Part shown: positions 9,145-17,332 of the stretch, piece after piece
Position numbering within the stretch: position 1 is the stretch's first letter
How the letters are laid out: the number at the start of each line of letters is the position of its first letter
Source of the DNA: Candidatus Peribacteria bacterium
GTDB taxonomy: Bacteria > Patescibacteriota > Gracilibacteria > Peribacterales > Peribacteraceae
Direction: 5' to 3'
DNA length: 64,000 nt
NCBI GenBank assembly: GCA_020632295.1
Contig: JACKFU010000001.1
Location: 601,442-665,441 of the forward strand
Program-made: the position numbers and the translations under genes
Notes under the pieces: generated by a model
The model's database searches: none
What the model was told of the DNA's origin: nothing
What the model saw: the letters and a program-made list of their open reading frames with translations, nothing else

Positions 9145-9849
9145 ATGAAACAGCTCCACATCACTCCACACAAAGTTATGATTGCCCTTCTTGTGGGCAT
9201 CATCGCTGTACCGCTTACTTCTACAGCACTCTTTATTCAACAGGATTCTTTGCCAACCATGAATATGGACGCAGAGGATTTGCGTAGTGCTGCACTGCAG
9301 GATCGTTCACGCATTCGTGCACAAACCAGGTTGTACTGGAATGCAATTACACAATTTCAGAAGCTGACCGAGGAGCAGGGCATTGATGTCAAGAAGCCAG
9401 ATTTTAACGATACTTCTACATTTGATGTACACGGCAGTGCACCGGAAGAGGACGCGGTAATTGAGGATGACAAGGAAGTCTCTTCATTAACGACTGATCA
9501 GCTTGAATGGCAGGATCGTTCGCTTCTGCGCAGGTATACCCGTGCTGGTTTTTGCCCAGAGGGCCTGCGGGACTTTTACATTCCTGGCTACTACGAACTT
9601 TGCAATGCCCTTATCGATGATAGTCGTAAACGCATGCAGCCGGTAACTGGACTTCTTAATCACAATGCGTATTTGTACCGTGCTTTACGTAGAGCAGCTC
9701 CTAATACCGATGTCACTGGTTGGAAGCTTCGACAGCGCATGATTGATGAGGCGTACAATGGTGAGCGTCGTGATGGTGGTGCAACACCTGGTCGTCCCGT
9801 TACTTGCACTATGAATCCAGATTGTTTAACACCGAGGTATAGCGATTAG
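9145..9849 (+). CDS. Hypothetical N-terminally anchored protein, paralog B
   Basis: TM VMIALLVGIIAVPLTSTALF. Similar length and motifs to 8426-9142. Confidence 0.6.
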   Translation: MKQLHITPHKVMIALLVGIIAVPLTSTALFIQQDSLPTMNMDAEDLRSAALQDRSRIRAQTRLYWNAITQFQKLTEEQGIDVKKPDFNDTSTFDVHGSAPEEDAVIEDDKEVSSLTTDQLEWQDRSLLRRYTRAGFCPEGLRDFYIPGYYELCNALIDDSRKRMQPVTGLLNHNAYLYRALRRAAPNTDVTGWKLRQRMIDEAYNGERRDGGATPGRPVTCTMNPDCLTPRYSD

Positions 9850-9869
9850 AGTGTTAGAGTGTTAGGTGT
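9846..9869. repeat. TTAGAGTG octamer array (reverse complement of CTAACACT family) abutting the maf start
   Basis: ttagagtgttagagtgttaggtgt followed directly by ATG at 9870. Confidence 0.9.
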
Positions 9870-10454
9870 ATGAGTCAGCATCTTGTATTAGCGTCGGCGA
9901 GTCCTCAGCGGAAGAGGTTGCTTGAAGGACTTGGTCTGACATTTGAGGTGCATCCGAGCACGTACGATGAATCTGCGTATGCAGAGCAAGATCCAGTAAT
10001 GCGCTGCAAGCACTTGGCAGCCTATAAAGCACAAGAGGTAAATGAGCGATTCCCAGATAGCTTTGTCATTGGCTGCGATACACTTGTTGTTGCTCAAGAT
10101 GGTACGTTGCTTGAGAAGGCAGCAACGCCGGAGGAAGCGAGAGCGGCAATAGTACTTCTTTCAGGGAAGTCTTGTGTTGTGCATTCTGGGCTATCTGTGT
10201 TTGATCCTCAACAGAAACACTACGAGGGTATCAGCTCGTCGACCGTATATTTTAAACAGCTGAGTGATGAAGAGATTGCCTGGTGGATCTCGACTGGTCT
10301 CTGGCAAGATCGATCTGGTTCCTTCCAAATTGATGGTCCAGGACAGCTGATGATTGAGCACATCGAAGGAGACTGGAGCTCGATTGTGGGGCTTCCTGTT
10401 TTCTTACTTGGAGAATTGCTTAAGAAGGCAGGATATGAATTACTCTGTTTATAA
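9870..10454 (+). CDS. maf: Maf-family nucleoside triphosphate pyrophosphatase
   Basis: LVLASASPQRKRLLEGLGL N-terminus and overall Maf pattern. Confidence 0.9.
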   Translation: MSQHLVLASASPQRKRLLEGLGLTFEVHPSTYDESAYAEQDPVMRCKHLAAYKAQEVNERFPDSFVIGCDTLVVAQDGTLLEKAATPEEARAAIVLLSGKSCVVHSGLSVFDPQQKHYEGISSSTVYFKQLSDEEIAWWISTGLWQDRSGSFQIDGPGQLMIEHIEGDWSSIVGLPVFLLGELLKKAGYELLCL

Positions 10455-11264
10455 TTCCATCTTTGTTGTCACCCATTCCCAGAGCTCATCGAAGATTGGG
10501 GTAGTTGCTGTTGCACAGCGGTAGCCTGTTCGAGGATTGCCTGGGTCGAGAGGATCGAGCTTCATCTTTCCTCCCGCTTCTTCTACCAACAAAAATCCTG
10601 CTGCAATGTCCCAGAGTCGGATGCCAAGAAAGAAGGCGCCGTCTGTTTTTCCTCTGAGGATCTCGCCAATTTCCTGTGCGGCACATCCTGTATTTTCGAT
10701 GGAGGCACAGTAGGGCATTGTTGCTCTGTAAATACCATCTTCTCCCTGAACAGCACGTCGCATGGTGTTGCAGTTTAAAACTGCATCGGTCATTCCTTTT
10801 GTCTCTCGTAGTTGTACGGGTTCACCATTAAAAAATGAACCAAGTCCTCGCGCTCCGTAAAACTTCTGATTGAGTAGTGGCAGCTCCATGGAACCTGCAA
10901 GCAGCTCACCGTCTTTCTGAACAGCGATAATCGTGCCAAAATTTTCCCGTTTGTGAATGTAGTTGAGCGTTCCATCGAGTGGATCGATGATCCATTCGTA
11001 TGGACTGTTTGGGTCTCCAATATGTTCTGCACCACTTTCCTCAGCAATAAATCGATGGTCAGGAAAATGGTTCTGAATAATGCTAATAATCAGTTTTTGT
11101 GCCTTTCCATCGAGTTCGGTGACGTAGTCTGTTGCGGATTCTTTTGTTGTAATCTCTAGGCTTCCTCCTTGGCAAAATGCCTCATACTCTTTGACGAGTA
11201 ATGCAGATGCTGCCGCTGTCGCTTCTCGACAGACGTCAAGCAGCTGTTTGTTGTCAGGGGACAT
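10449..11264 (-). CDS. Inositol monophosphatase family protein
   Basis: WIIDPLDGTLNY and WDIAAG motifs. ATG at 11264 overlaps the upstream stop by 1 nt (TAATG). Confidence 0.8.
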   Translation of the reverse strand: MSPDNKQLLDVCREATAAASALLVKEYEAFCQGGSLEITTKESATDYVTELDGKAQKLIISIIQNHFPDHRFIAEESGAEHIGDPNSPYEWIIDPLDGTLNYIHKRENFGTIIAVQKDGELLAGSMELPLLNQKFYGARGLGSFFNGEPVQLRETKGMTDAVLNCNTMRRAVQGEDGIYRATMPYCASIENTGCAAQEIGEILRGKTDGAFFLGIRLWDIAAGFLLVEEAGGKMKLDPLDPGNPRTGYRCATATTPIFDELWEWVTTKMEL

Positions 11265-11962
11265 TAGAGTGTCGGTAAACGGTAGTCGTAGAGTTTTCTT
11301 CGAATGCGCTCGTATGCAGGCAGTGCCCATTCTACCCATGCCCAGTACTGTGCGCTATGGTCTGCACGCTTACGGTGCGCAAGCTCGTGAATAATGACAT
11401 ACCGTAGGACATCTGGTGTAACAAAGAGGAGGGCAGCATTGAGCATGATAACGCCCGATGGACTACAGCTACCCCATTGGGAAGAGGCAAACTGGAGTTT
11501 GACTGTGGAAATATGGACGCCAAATGTCTCTGTGTTAATGGTGCGTACCAGCTTTTCGATACGGGAAAGCTCTTGCTTGCAGAGTGTCTTCCATAGGAGC
11601 CTATGCAGCCCCTGACGCCTCATTTTTGGTCCGATAGTTACCGTCCAACCACTCGCTGTACGTTTAATTGTTGTTTTATTCCCGGGTCGCAACGAGAAGC
11701 GGTATTTCTGTCCATTCTGGAGAGTGATAGTCGTGCTTTCTCCACTATCGAGTAGCCTGCCAAAGGGGTGAATGAGCGTCTTTTCCTGCTCCTCAACGAC
11801 TTGCCGCGTCATGCGCTCTAAGAGGTCTGAGATATGCTCTTTCTCTTCATCAGCAGAAAGTCCCTTTGCAAGCCGTATTACGATAGTATCGTCGCGGAAG
11901 ACGGCACGACTGTGCTTGTTTCCAGTACGCTCAACCCGGTGGCGAATGGGGTATTTTTTCAT
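11264..11962 (-). CDS. YgjP/DUF45-like M48-type zinc metallohydrolase
   Basis: C-terminal VIIHELAHRKRADHS (HExxH) in a protein of about 230 aa, typical of the DUF45 family. Confidence 0.7.
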   Translation of the reverse strand: MKKYPIRHRVERTGNKHSRAVFRDDTIVIRLAKGLSADEEKEHISDLLERMTRQVVEEQEKTLIHPFGRLLDSGESTTITLQNGQKYRFSLRPGNKTTIKRTASGWTVTIGPKMRRQGLHRLLWKTLCKQELSRIEKLVRTINTETFGVHISTVKLQFASSQWGSCSPSGVIMLNAALLFVTPDVLRYVIIHELAHRKRADHSAQYWAWVEWALPAYERIRRKLYDYRLPTL

Positions 11963-12007
11963 TGGGACTAATGAGTATACAGATGCGTCAAGCCCACGGC
12001 TTGGAGA

Positions 12008-12034
12008 GGAAAGCGGAAAGCGGAAAGCGGAAAG
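12008..12034. repeat. GGAAAGC heptamer tandem array (about 4 units), intergenic
   Basis: ggaaagcggaaagcggaaagcggaaag. Confidence 0.9.
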
Positions 12035-12074
12035 AGATGGTTGGTATACCTACTATTTGGCTCTAGGAAGCCAT

Positions 12075-13052
12075 CTATTTGTACGAATCACTATTTTCGG
12101 CTTCAGCTTGCTCAATTTCTGTGTTCAATGTCTTCGCCGCGAGAGCCAAATCATTACAGAATTTTACATCGGATTGGACTTGACGGAATCCTGTGATAAG
12201 TTCGTTTTGTTCCTCTTCCTGAAGAAGGGTCTTCAAGACAGCCTCCTGCTCTTCTAGACAGGCGATTGCAGCTTCTATTTTCTCTGTAACAAGAGGGGGA
12301 GGAGGGGTGTTTCCAACACGAATATCATCGAGGCGGACCATCAGGTGGATAACCCACGTTCGTGCTCTATCAACGCGTAGGTGGCTCATAGCTAGGCTTC
12401 TTTGGACATTGTAGGTGATGCCAAGGTTGCGCTTGGCTTCTTCCAAACCTTCTTTACTGTCGTAGACGCCAACATCCATTGCTTGGATCACGGTAGAGAT
12501 GGCATCCATCAGGTTTCCGATGTGGAAGAGAGCAGTCTTCTTTGTCGATTCCACGGGGCCTGCCATTGTTTCTACAAACTGTTTCTCTTTGCGGAGCATC
12601 TCTAAATCCATTGTTAGAGTTGCTCGGAAACAGGTAAAGGTGACAGTGGTTACTGTATCGCGGTTTGCCTTGCGAACATCATCACGGCATGCACGTCTTT
12701 TTTCCGTACGCTTTTGTCGCCGAAGTTGCTGTTGTTCTCGAAACGCAGCAGCCTCTTTACGTGTGTTCATCATAGCAGCCCAGAAGCCCTGGTCACGCGA
12801 TCTACGTTCTTGCCACTTGAGTTGTGTGGCTTGTATTTCGAGGAGTTCTCCGGTGCTAAGGGAGAGGGAAGAGGTCTCAGAAGGTACAGAGGAATCAGAG
12901 GAAAGAGAGGAGCTCGAGGAACTTGAAGAGCTCGAAGATGTTTTCTGTAGCCCTATTGCTGCGAAGGTTTTCATCGGAGCGCAGAGGGTTCCAAGAAGAC
13001 AGAATACGATGAGGAGCCGTGAGAAAGAAGTCACGGGAAGGCAGTGTAGCAT
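12075..13052 (-). CDS. Secreted hypothetical protein with poly-Ser tract
   Basis: Signal-like N-terminus, SSSSSSSSSSSLSSDSS run, helical remainder. Starts 6 nt after the upstream stop. Confidence 0.6.
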   Translation of the reverse strand: MLHCLPVTSFSRLLIVFCLLGTLCAPMKTFAAIGLQKTSSSSSSSSSSSLSSDSSVPSETSSLSLSTGELLEIQATQLKWQERRSRDQGFWAAMMNTRKEAAAFREQQQLRRQKRTEKRRACRDDVRKANRDTVTTVTFTCFRATLTMDLEMLRKEKQFVETMAGPVESTKKTALFHIGNLMDAISTVIQAMDVGVYDSKEGLEEAKRNLGITYNVQRSLAMSHLRVDRARTWVIHLMVRLDDIRVGNTPPPPLVTEKIEAAIACLEEQEAVLKTLLQEEEQNELITGFRQVQSDVKFCNDLALAAKTLNTEIEQAEAENSDSYK

Positions 13053-13058
13053 TTATTA

Positions 13059-13979
13059 CTACGCTTTTGCTACTTTCAGTACATGGCCACTAAGACTTTC
13101 GACAACTGCTTCAAGTTCATCATTGATAATGAGATGATCAAAGAGATCTTTTTGGTCTTCGAAGAATTTTAGGTCCTCCTCTGCATTCTTCAGTCGGTCT
13201 GCAATTTGTTTCTCGGTGTCACGTCCACGTTCACGGAGTCGGTGGAGGAGGGATGAGAGCATTTGACGTTTACTGCTACCTGGAGGAAGGAGCCCAAACG
13301 AGAGGATCGATCGTCGTCCGAGCGTCGACGACAGTCCTTGCAGCAGGCCCATCTCGGTAATGACAATCGGAATCTTTTTCTTCGACCAAATTGCTTCGAT
13401 ATCCTTCTTCCTGTATCCATACCAGCGCTTTTCATCGGACGAGGGGATACTGGTTGATGCTGCTAGTTCATCATTTCTTTTCAGGTTCAAAAACTCTTCA
13501 GTGGTGACATGAATGTATTCATCTTCATCACTGGCTTTAGGAGGACGTGTTGTCAGAATTGGTACGCGCTCAACGTACGAACCAACTTTCGTAGAAAGGA
13601 GAATGGAGACGGTTGTCTTTCCCACGCCCGATGGCCCCGTAAGTGCGAGGAGATAGCCAGGGAATTCCTGCTTTACGTCCTGATGTACCGGTACTTCATA
13701 GGCAATGTCGTAGGATCGCAGGCCATCTGCTGTCACCTGGGAAAGGCGCATGCGGGGGGTGACGTGCATGCCAATGGCTAACGACAATTGACGATTAACA
13801 ATTAACTGACCTGCCACTTTTGTTCCGTCTTCTAGTTCAATGAGACCGATTATTCTTGGTTCACTGGGAAACCCTTCTGGGGGATGATGGACGACGGTCC
13901 ACGAGAGAATGGTACCCTCTTGAAGTTTTTTCTTGAGGTTTGCTTGAGCTCGGTGAATAGATGGAGGAGTACTACGCAT
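13059..13979 (-). CDS. Fusion protein: DUF35-type OB-fold domain plus guanylate-kinase-like P-loop kinase domain
   Basis: N-terminal GTILSWTVVHHPPEGFPSEPRIIGLIELEDGTKVAGQL...IGMHVTPR (DUF35 OB pattern, no Zn ribbon). C-terminal GPSGVGKTT P-loop, TTRPPK..., YGY, LID RLRERGRD. ATG at 13979 overlaps the thiolase stop by 8 nt. Confidence 0.7.
   Translation of the reverse strand: MRSTPPSIHRAQANLKKKLQEGTILSWTVVHHPPEGFPSEPRIIGLIELEDGTKVAGQLIVNRQLSLAIGMHVTPRMRLSQVTADGLRSYDIAYEVPVHQDVKQEFPGYLLALTGPSGVGKTTVSILLSTKVGSYVERVPILTTRPPKASDEDEYIHVTTEEFLNLKRNDELAASTSIPSSDEKRWYGYRKKDIEAIWSKKKIPIVITEMGLLQGLSSTLGRRSILSFGLLPPGSSKRQMLSSLLHRLRERGRDTEKQIADRLKNAEEDLKFFEDQKDLFDHLIINDELEAVVESLSGHVLKVAKA
13788..13808. 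repeat. Degenerate heptamer array TTGACGA/TTAACAA/TTAACTG inside the DUF35 domain CDS
   Basis: Direct reading. Encodes the loop IVNRQLS. Confidence 0.7.
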
Positions 13980-15081
13980 GTTCCAGTATATGAATTCCGC
14001 AAGTGGCAGCAGCACCGCCGAAGTTATGGGTCAGGCCATATGTTTTTTCGCTTGTTTTCAACTGCTTGGCGATGTCAATCATCTGCTTAATGCCGGTTGC
14101 TGCGACCGGGTGTCCGCATGCTTTTAGTCCGCCAGAGGCATTAATTGTGATTTGTGATTCGTGATTTGTATAGAGATTGATCCCTTCACCAGGGAGCGCA
14201 AAGCCCATATCTTCCAGTGAGATGATGGCGGCGATAGAGAAGCAATCATGGAGCTCGATGCAATCAATCTGATCACGCGTAATATCTGCTTCTTGTAGTG
14301 CGGCAACCATCGCATCTTTTGTAGCAGCAAATGATGTCACCGTTTGTCTGTCACAGAGACTCAGTGCATCGGTTGTTAGTTGTGATGCAATGATCTTGAG
14401 AGGGCTCTCGTGCTTTGTTGAGAGAATAACGGCTGCCGCACCGTCACTAATCGGCGAACAATCGAGCATACACAGTGGGTCAGCGACCTTCGGTGATGCA
14501 CTAATTGCCTCCGCGGGGATCTCTTTTCGAAACTGTGCAAAGGGATTTGAGACTGCATTTTTGTGATGCCTCGCACTCACCGCATTGAGCCTCTCTCTCG
14601 TTAGGCCATGCTCAAACATGTAGCGGTTTGTAATGAGTCCGAAGATACCGGGGAAGGTGAGTCCGGATGGACTGTCTTTCTCCGCATCGGCAGCTCCCAT
14701 AAGTGCAGAGGCAATAACGGAGCCGGGTACATCCGTCATTTTTTCTACGCCAACAACGAGGACAGTTTCTGCTTTACCGCTTTCGAGCATTGCACAGGCC
14801 GTGTGCAGTGCAACTGCCCCCGACGCGCATGCTGCTTCTGCGCGAAGTGCTGGCGGCTGGTGAGGCAGCAGACTTGCTGCCATTGCACCGAGGTGTGCTT
14901 GGTCATTTGTTGCTTCGCCAAGCATGTTGGCAACCACGACCATATCAATATCGAGTGCAGTGCATGTTGCGTTTTCTATTGCTGCATCGATCGCTTCTTC
15001 CATTAGGTCACGAATACCTTTGTCCCAGTGCTCACCGAAGCGTGTTTGCCCTGAGCCGGTGAGGTAGATAGAAGTGTTCAA
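13972..15081 (-). CDS. Acetyl-CoA acetyltransferase (archaeal/SCP-x-type thiolase)
   Basis: LTGSGQTRFGEHW, active-site region AACASGA, C-terminal GGLKACGHPVAATG...NFGGAAAT. Apparent TTG start. Confidence 0.85.
   Translation of the reverse strand: MNTSIYLTGSGQTRFGEHWDKGIRDLMEEAIDAAIENATCTALDIDMVVVANMLGEATNDQAHLGAMAASLLPHQPPALRAEAACASGAVALHTACAMLESGKAETVLVVGVEKMTDVPGSVIASALMGAADAEKDSPSGLTFPGIFGLITNRYMFEHGLTRERLNAVSARHHKNAVSNPFAQFRKEIPAEAISASPKVADPLCMLDCSPISDGAAAVILSTKHESPLKIIASQLTTDALSLCDRQTVTSFAATKDAMVAALQEADITRDQIDCIELHDCFSIAAIISLEDMGFALPGEGINLYTNHESQITINASGGLKACGHPVAATGIKQMIDIAKQLKTSEKTYGLTHNFGGAAATCGIHILEHA
14145..14172. repeat. Heptamer array TTGTGAT/TTGTGAT/TCGTGAT/TTGTATA inside the thiolase CDS
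   Basis: Direct reading. Encodes YTNHESQIT. Confidence 0.85.
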
Positions 15082-15104
15082 GTGGAAAGTGGAAAGCGGA
15101 AAGT
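15082..15104. repeat. GTGGAAA/GCGGAAA heptamer array that fills the whole HMGS-thiolase spacer
   Basis: gtggaaagtggaaagcggaaagt lies exactly between the stop at 15105 and the start at 15081. Confidence 0.9.
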
Positions 15105-16130
15105 TTAGTGACTATTAGCTGTGAGAGATTGATATTCAGAATAATTCAGGTAGTGTGTTTCTCTGGTGTCGGGTTCTAACTCTATGCCATCGCGGAGCAT
15201 TGTCATGAGGAAGGCATCGCTTCCTGCACCGGACCCGTAGGAAACAAGAAGAATGGTCTCATCTTTTTTGGCTTTCTGCAGTACGTGAGCAAGTCCGAGA
15301 GGACTACAGGCACTGTAGGTGTTTCCGATGTGCGGAACAATGAATCCATGTTCCATCTGCTCTTTTGAGAATCCAAATTCTTTTGCCATGCGGCTGGGGA
15401 ACTTTCCGTTTGGCATGTGGAAGATGACGTGGTCGATATCTTTTACCTCTATCTTTGTCAGTTCAAGTATCCCGGCTGTGGCTTCACGCACATGGCGGAA
15501 GTAGGCAGGTTCCCCGGTAAAGCGTCCGGCGTGGCTCGGGTGCTTCTCTCCGTTGGCTCTCCAGAAGTCTGGGGTGTCTGTTGTAAAACTTAGGGTTTTT
15601 TCTATGCGGCAGAGTGCGTGCTTTTGCTCGGCAGATCCCATGACAAACGCAGCAGCACCAGCAGCAGCGGTGTACTCGAGTGCATCACCGGGCTTGCTCT
15701 GCGCTGTATCGGCACCAATGGCAAGACCAAAACTAATCTGCTTTGCTCGTACCATGCTGTCAACAATCTGCATGGCAGCTGTTCCTGCTTTACAAGCAAA
15801 CTCTAGGTCTGCTGCATGACAGAAGGGGTCACACTCAAGGGCAGCTGCTACCATGCCGCTTGTTGGTTTTACGGCATAGGGGTGACTTTCGGATCCGACA
15901 AAAACAGCGGAGATCTGGGTTGATTCAATGCTTGCCATCTCTATGGCTTGCTTTCCTGCGGCAAAGGCGAGGGTAAAGGTGTCTTCTCCGGCATCAGGAA
16001 CAGTTTTTTCGTTCACACCAAGGCCGGATTTATACTGAGCAGCGTCCTGTTTCCAGGCGGCAGCAATTTCCTCCACGGTGATCTTGTTGGAGGGCACAGA
16101 CAAACCAAATCCAATAATGGCGGAATTCAT
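15105..16130 (-). CDS. Hydroxymethylglutaryl-CoA synthase (archaeal-type, about 340 aa)
   Basis: IIGFGLSVPSNKITVEEIA, VFVGSESHPYAVKP, ACKAGT. Size and order next to the thiolase fit. Confidence 0.85.
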   Translation of the reverse strand: MNSAIIGFGLSVPSNKITVEEIAAAWKQDAAQYKSGLGVNEKTVPDAGEDTFTLAFAAGKQAIEMASIESTQISAVFVGSESHPYAVKPTSGMVAAALECDPFCHAADLEFACKAGTAAMQIVDSMVRAKQISFGLAIGADTAQSKPGDALEYTAAAGAAAFVMGSAEQKHALCRIEKTLSFTTDTPDFWRANGEKHPSHAGRFTGEPAYFRHVREATAGILELTKIEVKDIDHVIFHMPNGKFPSRMAKEFGFSKEQMEHGFIVPHIGNTYSACSPLGLAHVLQKAKKDETILLVSYGSGAGSDAFLMTMLRDGIELEPDTRETHYLNYSEYQSLTANSH

Positions 16131-16165
16131 GAGGGGCAGTGTAGCAGAAATTTGGCTTTAAAAAG

Positions 16166-17332
16166 CTATCTAGCCATCTTTTTATGACTACTTGCAAGCT
16201 TCTGTGCAGCCTGTGCTGCAAGCAGACTTATCTCTCCAGCAAGGACTGCAGCTCCGATAGATTCTGCAAGTTGTTGAGCAGGTTTTAGGTTTGAGGTGTT
16301 AGGTTTTAGGAGGAGGGCAAGACATTGGTGTTGTGCGGGAAGTTCCGTTCCACCCCCGCGAACACCACAGAGGAGTGCGGGGAGGCGAGTGGTTATTTGT
16401 AATTCGTGATTCGTTATTTGTTCTACGGTTGTGTCGGCGAGCGAGCCTTCCACGGTGTGTGCAGCATCTTGTCCTGTTGCAAGATACAAAGCGGCGATGA
16501 TATTTGCTGCATGTAAATTCGATCCAATTGCTCCGGCGATCTTCGAGCCACGTTTGAGTTTTGCTTCTGCGACCTCAAGCATGGCTTCGGGCGTAGTCTT
16601 TAGTATCTCTGTGCAGGTTTCAGATGTTAGGTGACAGGTAGCAGTGACTTCATACCCGCGACCCTTGTGGTGCGTGCGCTTACTAGGTTTTTTATCACTA
16701 TCAATATTTCCTGCGATGGTAATCAGACGCGCCGATGGCATGTCTGTACAGATTCTGTTGCCAATCTCCTGAGCGGCAATCGTAATCATATTCATGCCCA
16801 TTGCTTCATCGGTATCTGCGTTCAGCGTGAGGAAGAGGTAGTTATCGTCAGTGTCGATGTCGTAACTAAGGATCTTCAAGTGATTACTTGTTGCTTCTCC
16901 CACGGCTTTCCACTCATCTTCATTCTTCTTGATTGAATTAATTAATTGATCAATGTTTTTCTCTGATTTAAAAGCAATTGTTCGACTGATTCCATGATAG
17001 ATTGATGTGAGTTTTATGCCGTCGCCTTCGGAGACTGCTTTGCAGCCGCGGTTCACACTAGCAACAAGTGCCGCCTCTGTCGTTGCGAGAGGTAGGTGGA
17101 GCGTACTTGTTTCGAGTGAGCTGAATGTTGCCTTGAGAGGGCCTGCGTATCCGACAGGAATCGGGACACTTCCGAACATTTGCTCGCAGTTCTTCTCTTC
17201 CGCCTGCCCAATGCGACTTGGCTCCGTGCCAAGCAGAGAGAGGTTTACATTCAAGGTATCTTGAATTTGCATACGCCTGTGTGCGCAGCGTTCGTGAGAG
17301 GAAAGGTTTTCTGGAAGGTTACGAAGATCCAT
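16166..17332 (-). CDS. HMG-CoA reductase, class I-like
   Basis: LPLATTEAALVASVNRGCKA, DEAMGMNM, RGGGTELPAQHQCL motifs. Confidence 0.85.
   Translation of the reverse strand: MDLRNLPENLSSHERCAHRRMQIQDTLNVNLSLLGTEPSRIGQAEEKNCEQMFGSVPIPVGYAGPLKATFSSLETSTLHLPLATTEAALVASVNRGCKAVSEGDGIKLTSIYHGISRTIAFKSEKNIDQLINSIKKNEDEWKAVGEATSNHLKILSYDIDTDDNYLFLTLNADTDEAMGMNMITIAAQEIGNRICTDMPSARLITIAGNIDSDKKPSKRTHHKGRGYEVTATCHLTSETCTEILKTTPEAMLEVAEAKLKRGSKIAGAIGSNLHAANIIAALYLATGQDAAHTVEGSLADTTVEQITNHELQITTRLPALLCGVRGGGTELPAQHQCLALLLKPNTSNLKPAQQLAESIGAAVLAGEISLLAAQAAQKLASSHKKMAR
16281..16308. repeat. Heptamer array GGTTTTA/GGTTTGA/GGTGTTA/GGTTTTA inside the HMGR CDS
   Basis: Direct reading. Encodes LKPNTSNLKP. Confidence 0.8.
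16393..16420. repeat. Heptamer array TTATTTG/TAATTCG/TGATTCG/TTATTTG inside the HMGR CDS
   Basis: Direct reading. Encodes QITNHELQIT. Related to the array at 14145-14172. Confidence 0.8.

Noticed and set aside
12499-13137. 212-aa plus-strand ORF
   Set aside because: It is antisense to the secreted poly-Ser gene. Its EEREELEELEELE run is the mirror image of the Ser run, and its composition is Arg/Ser/Cys-rich.
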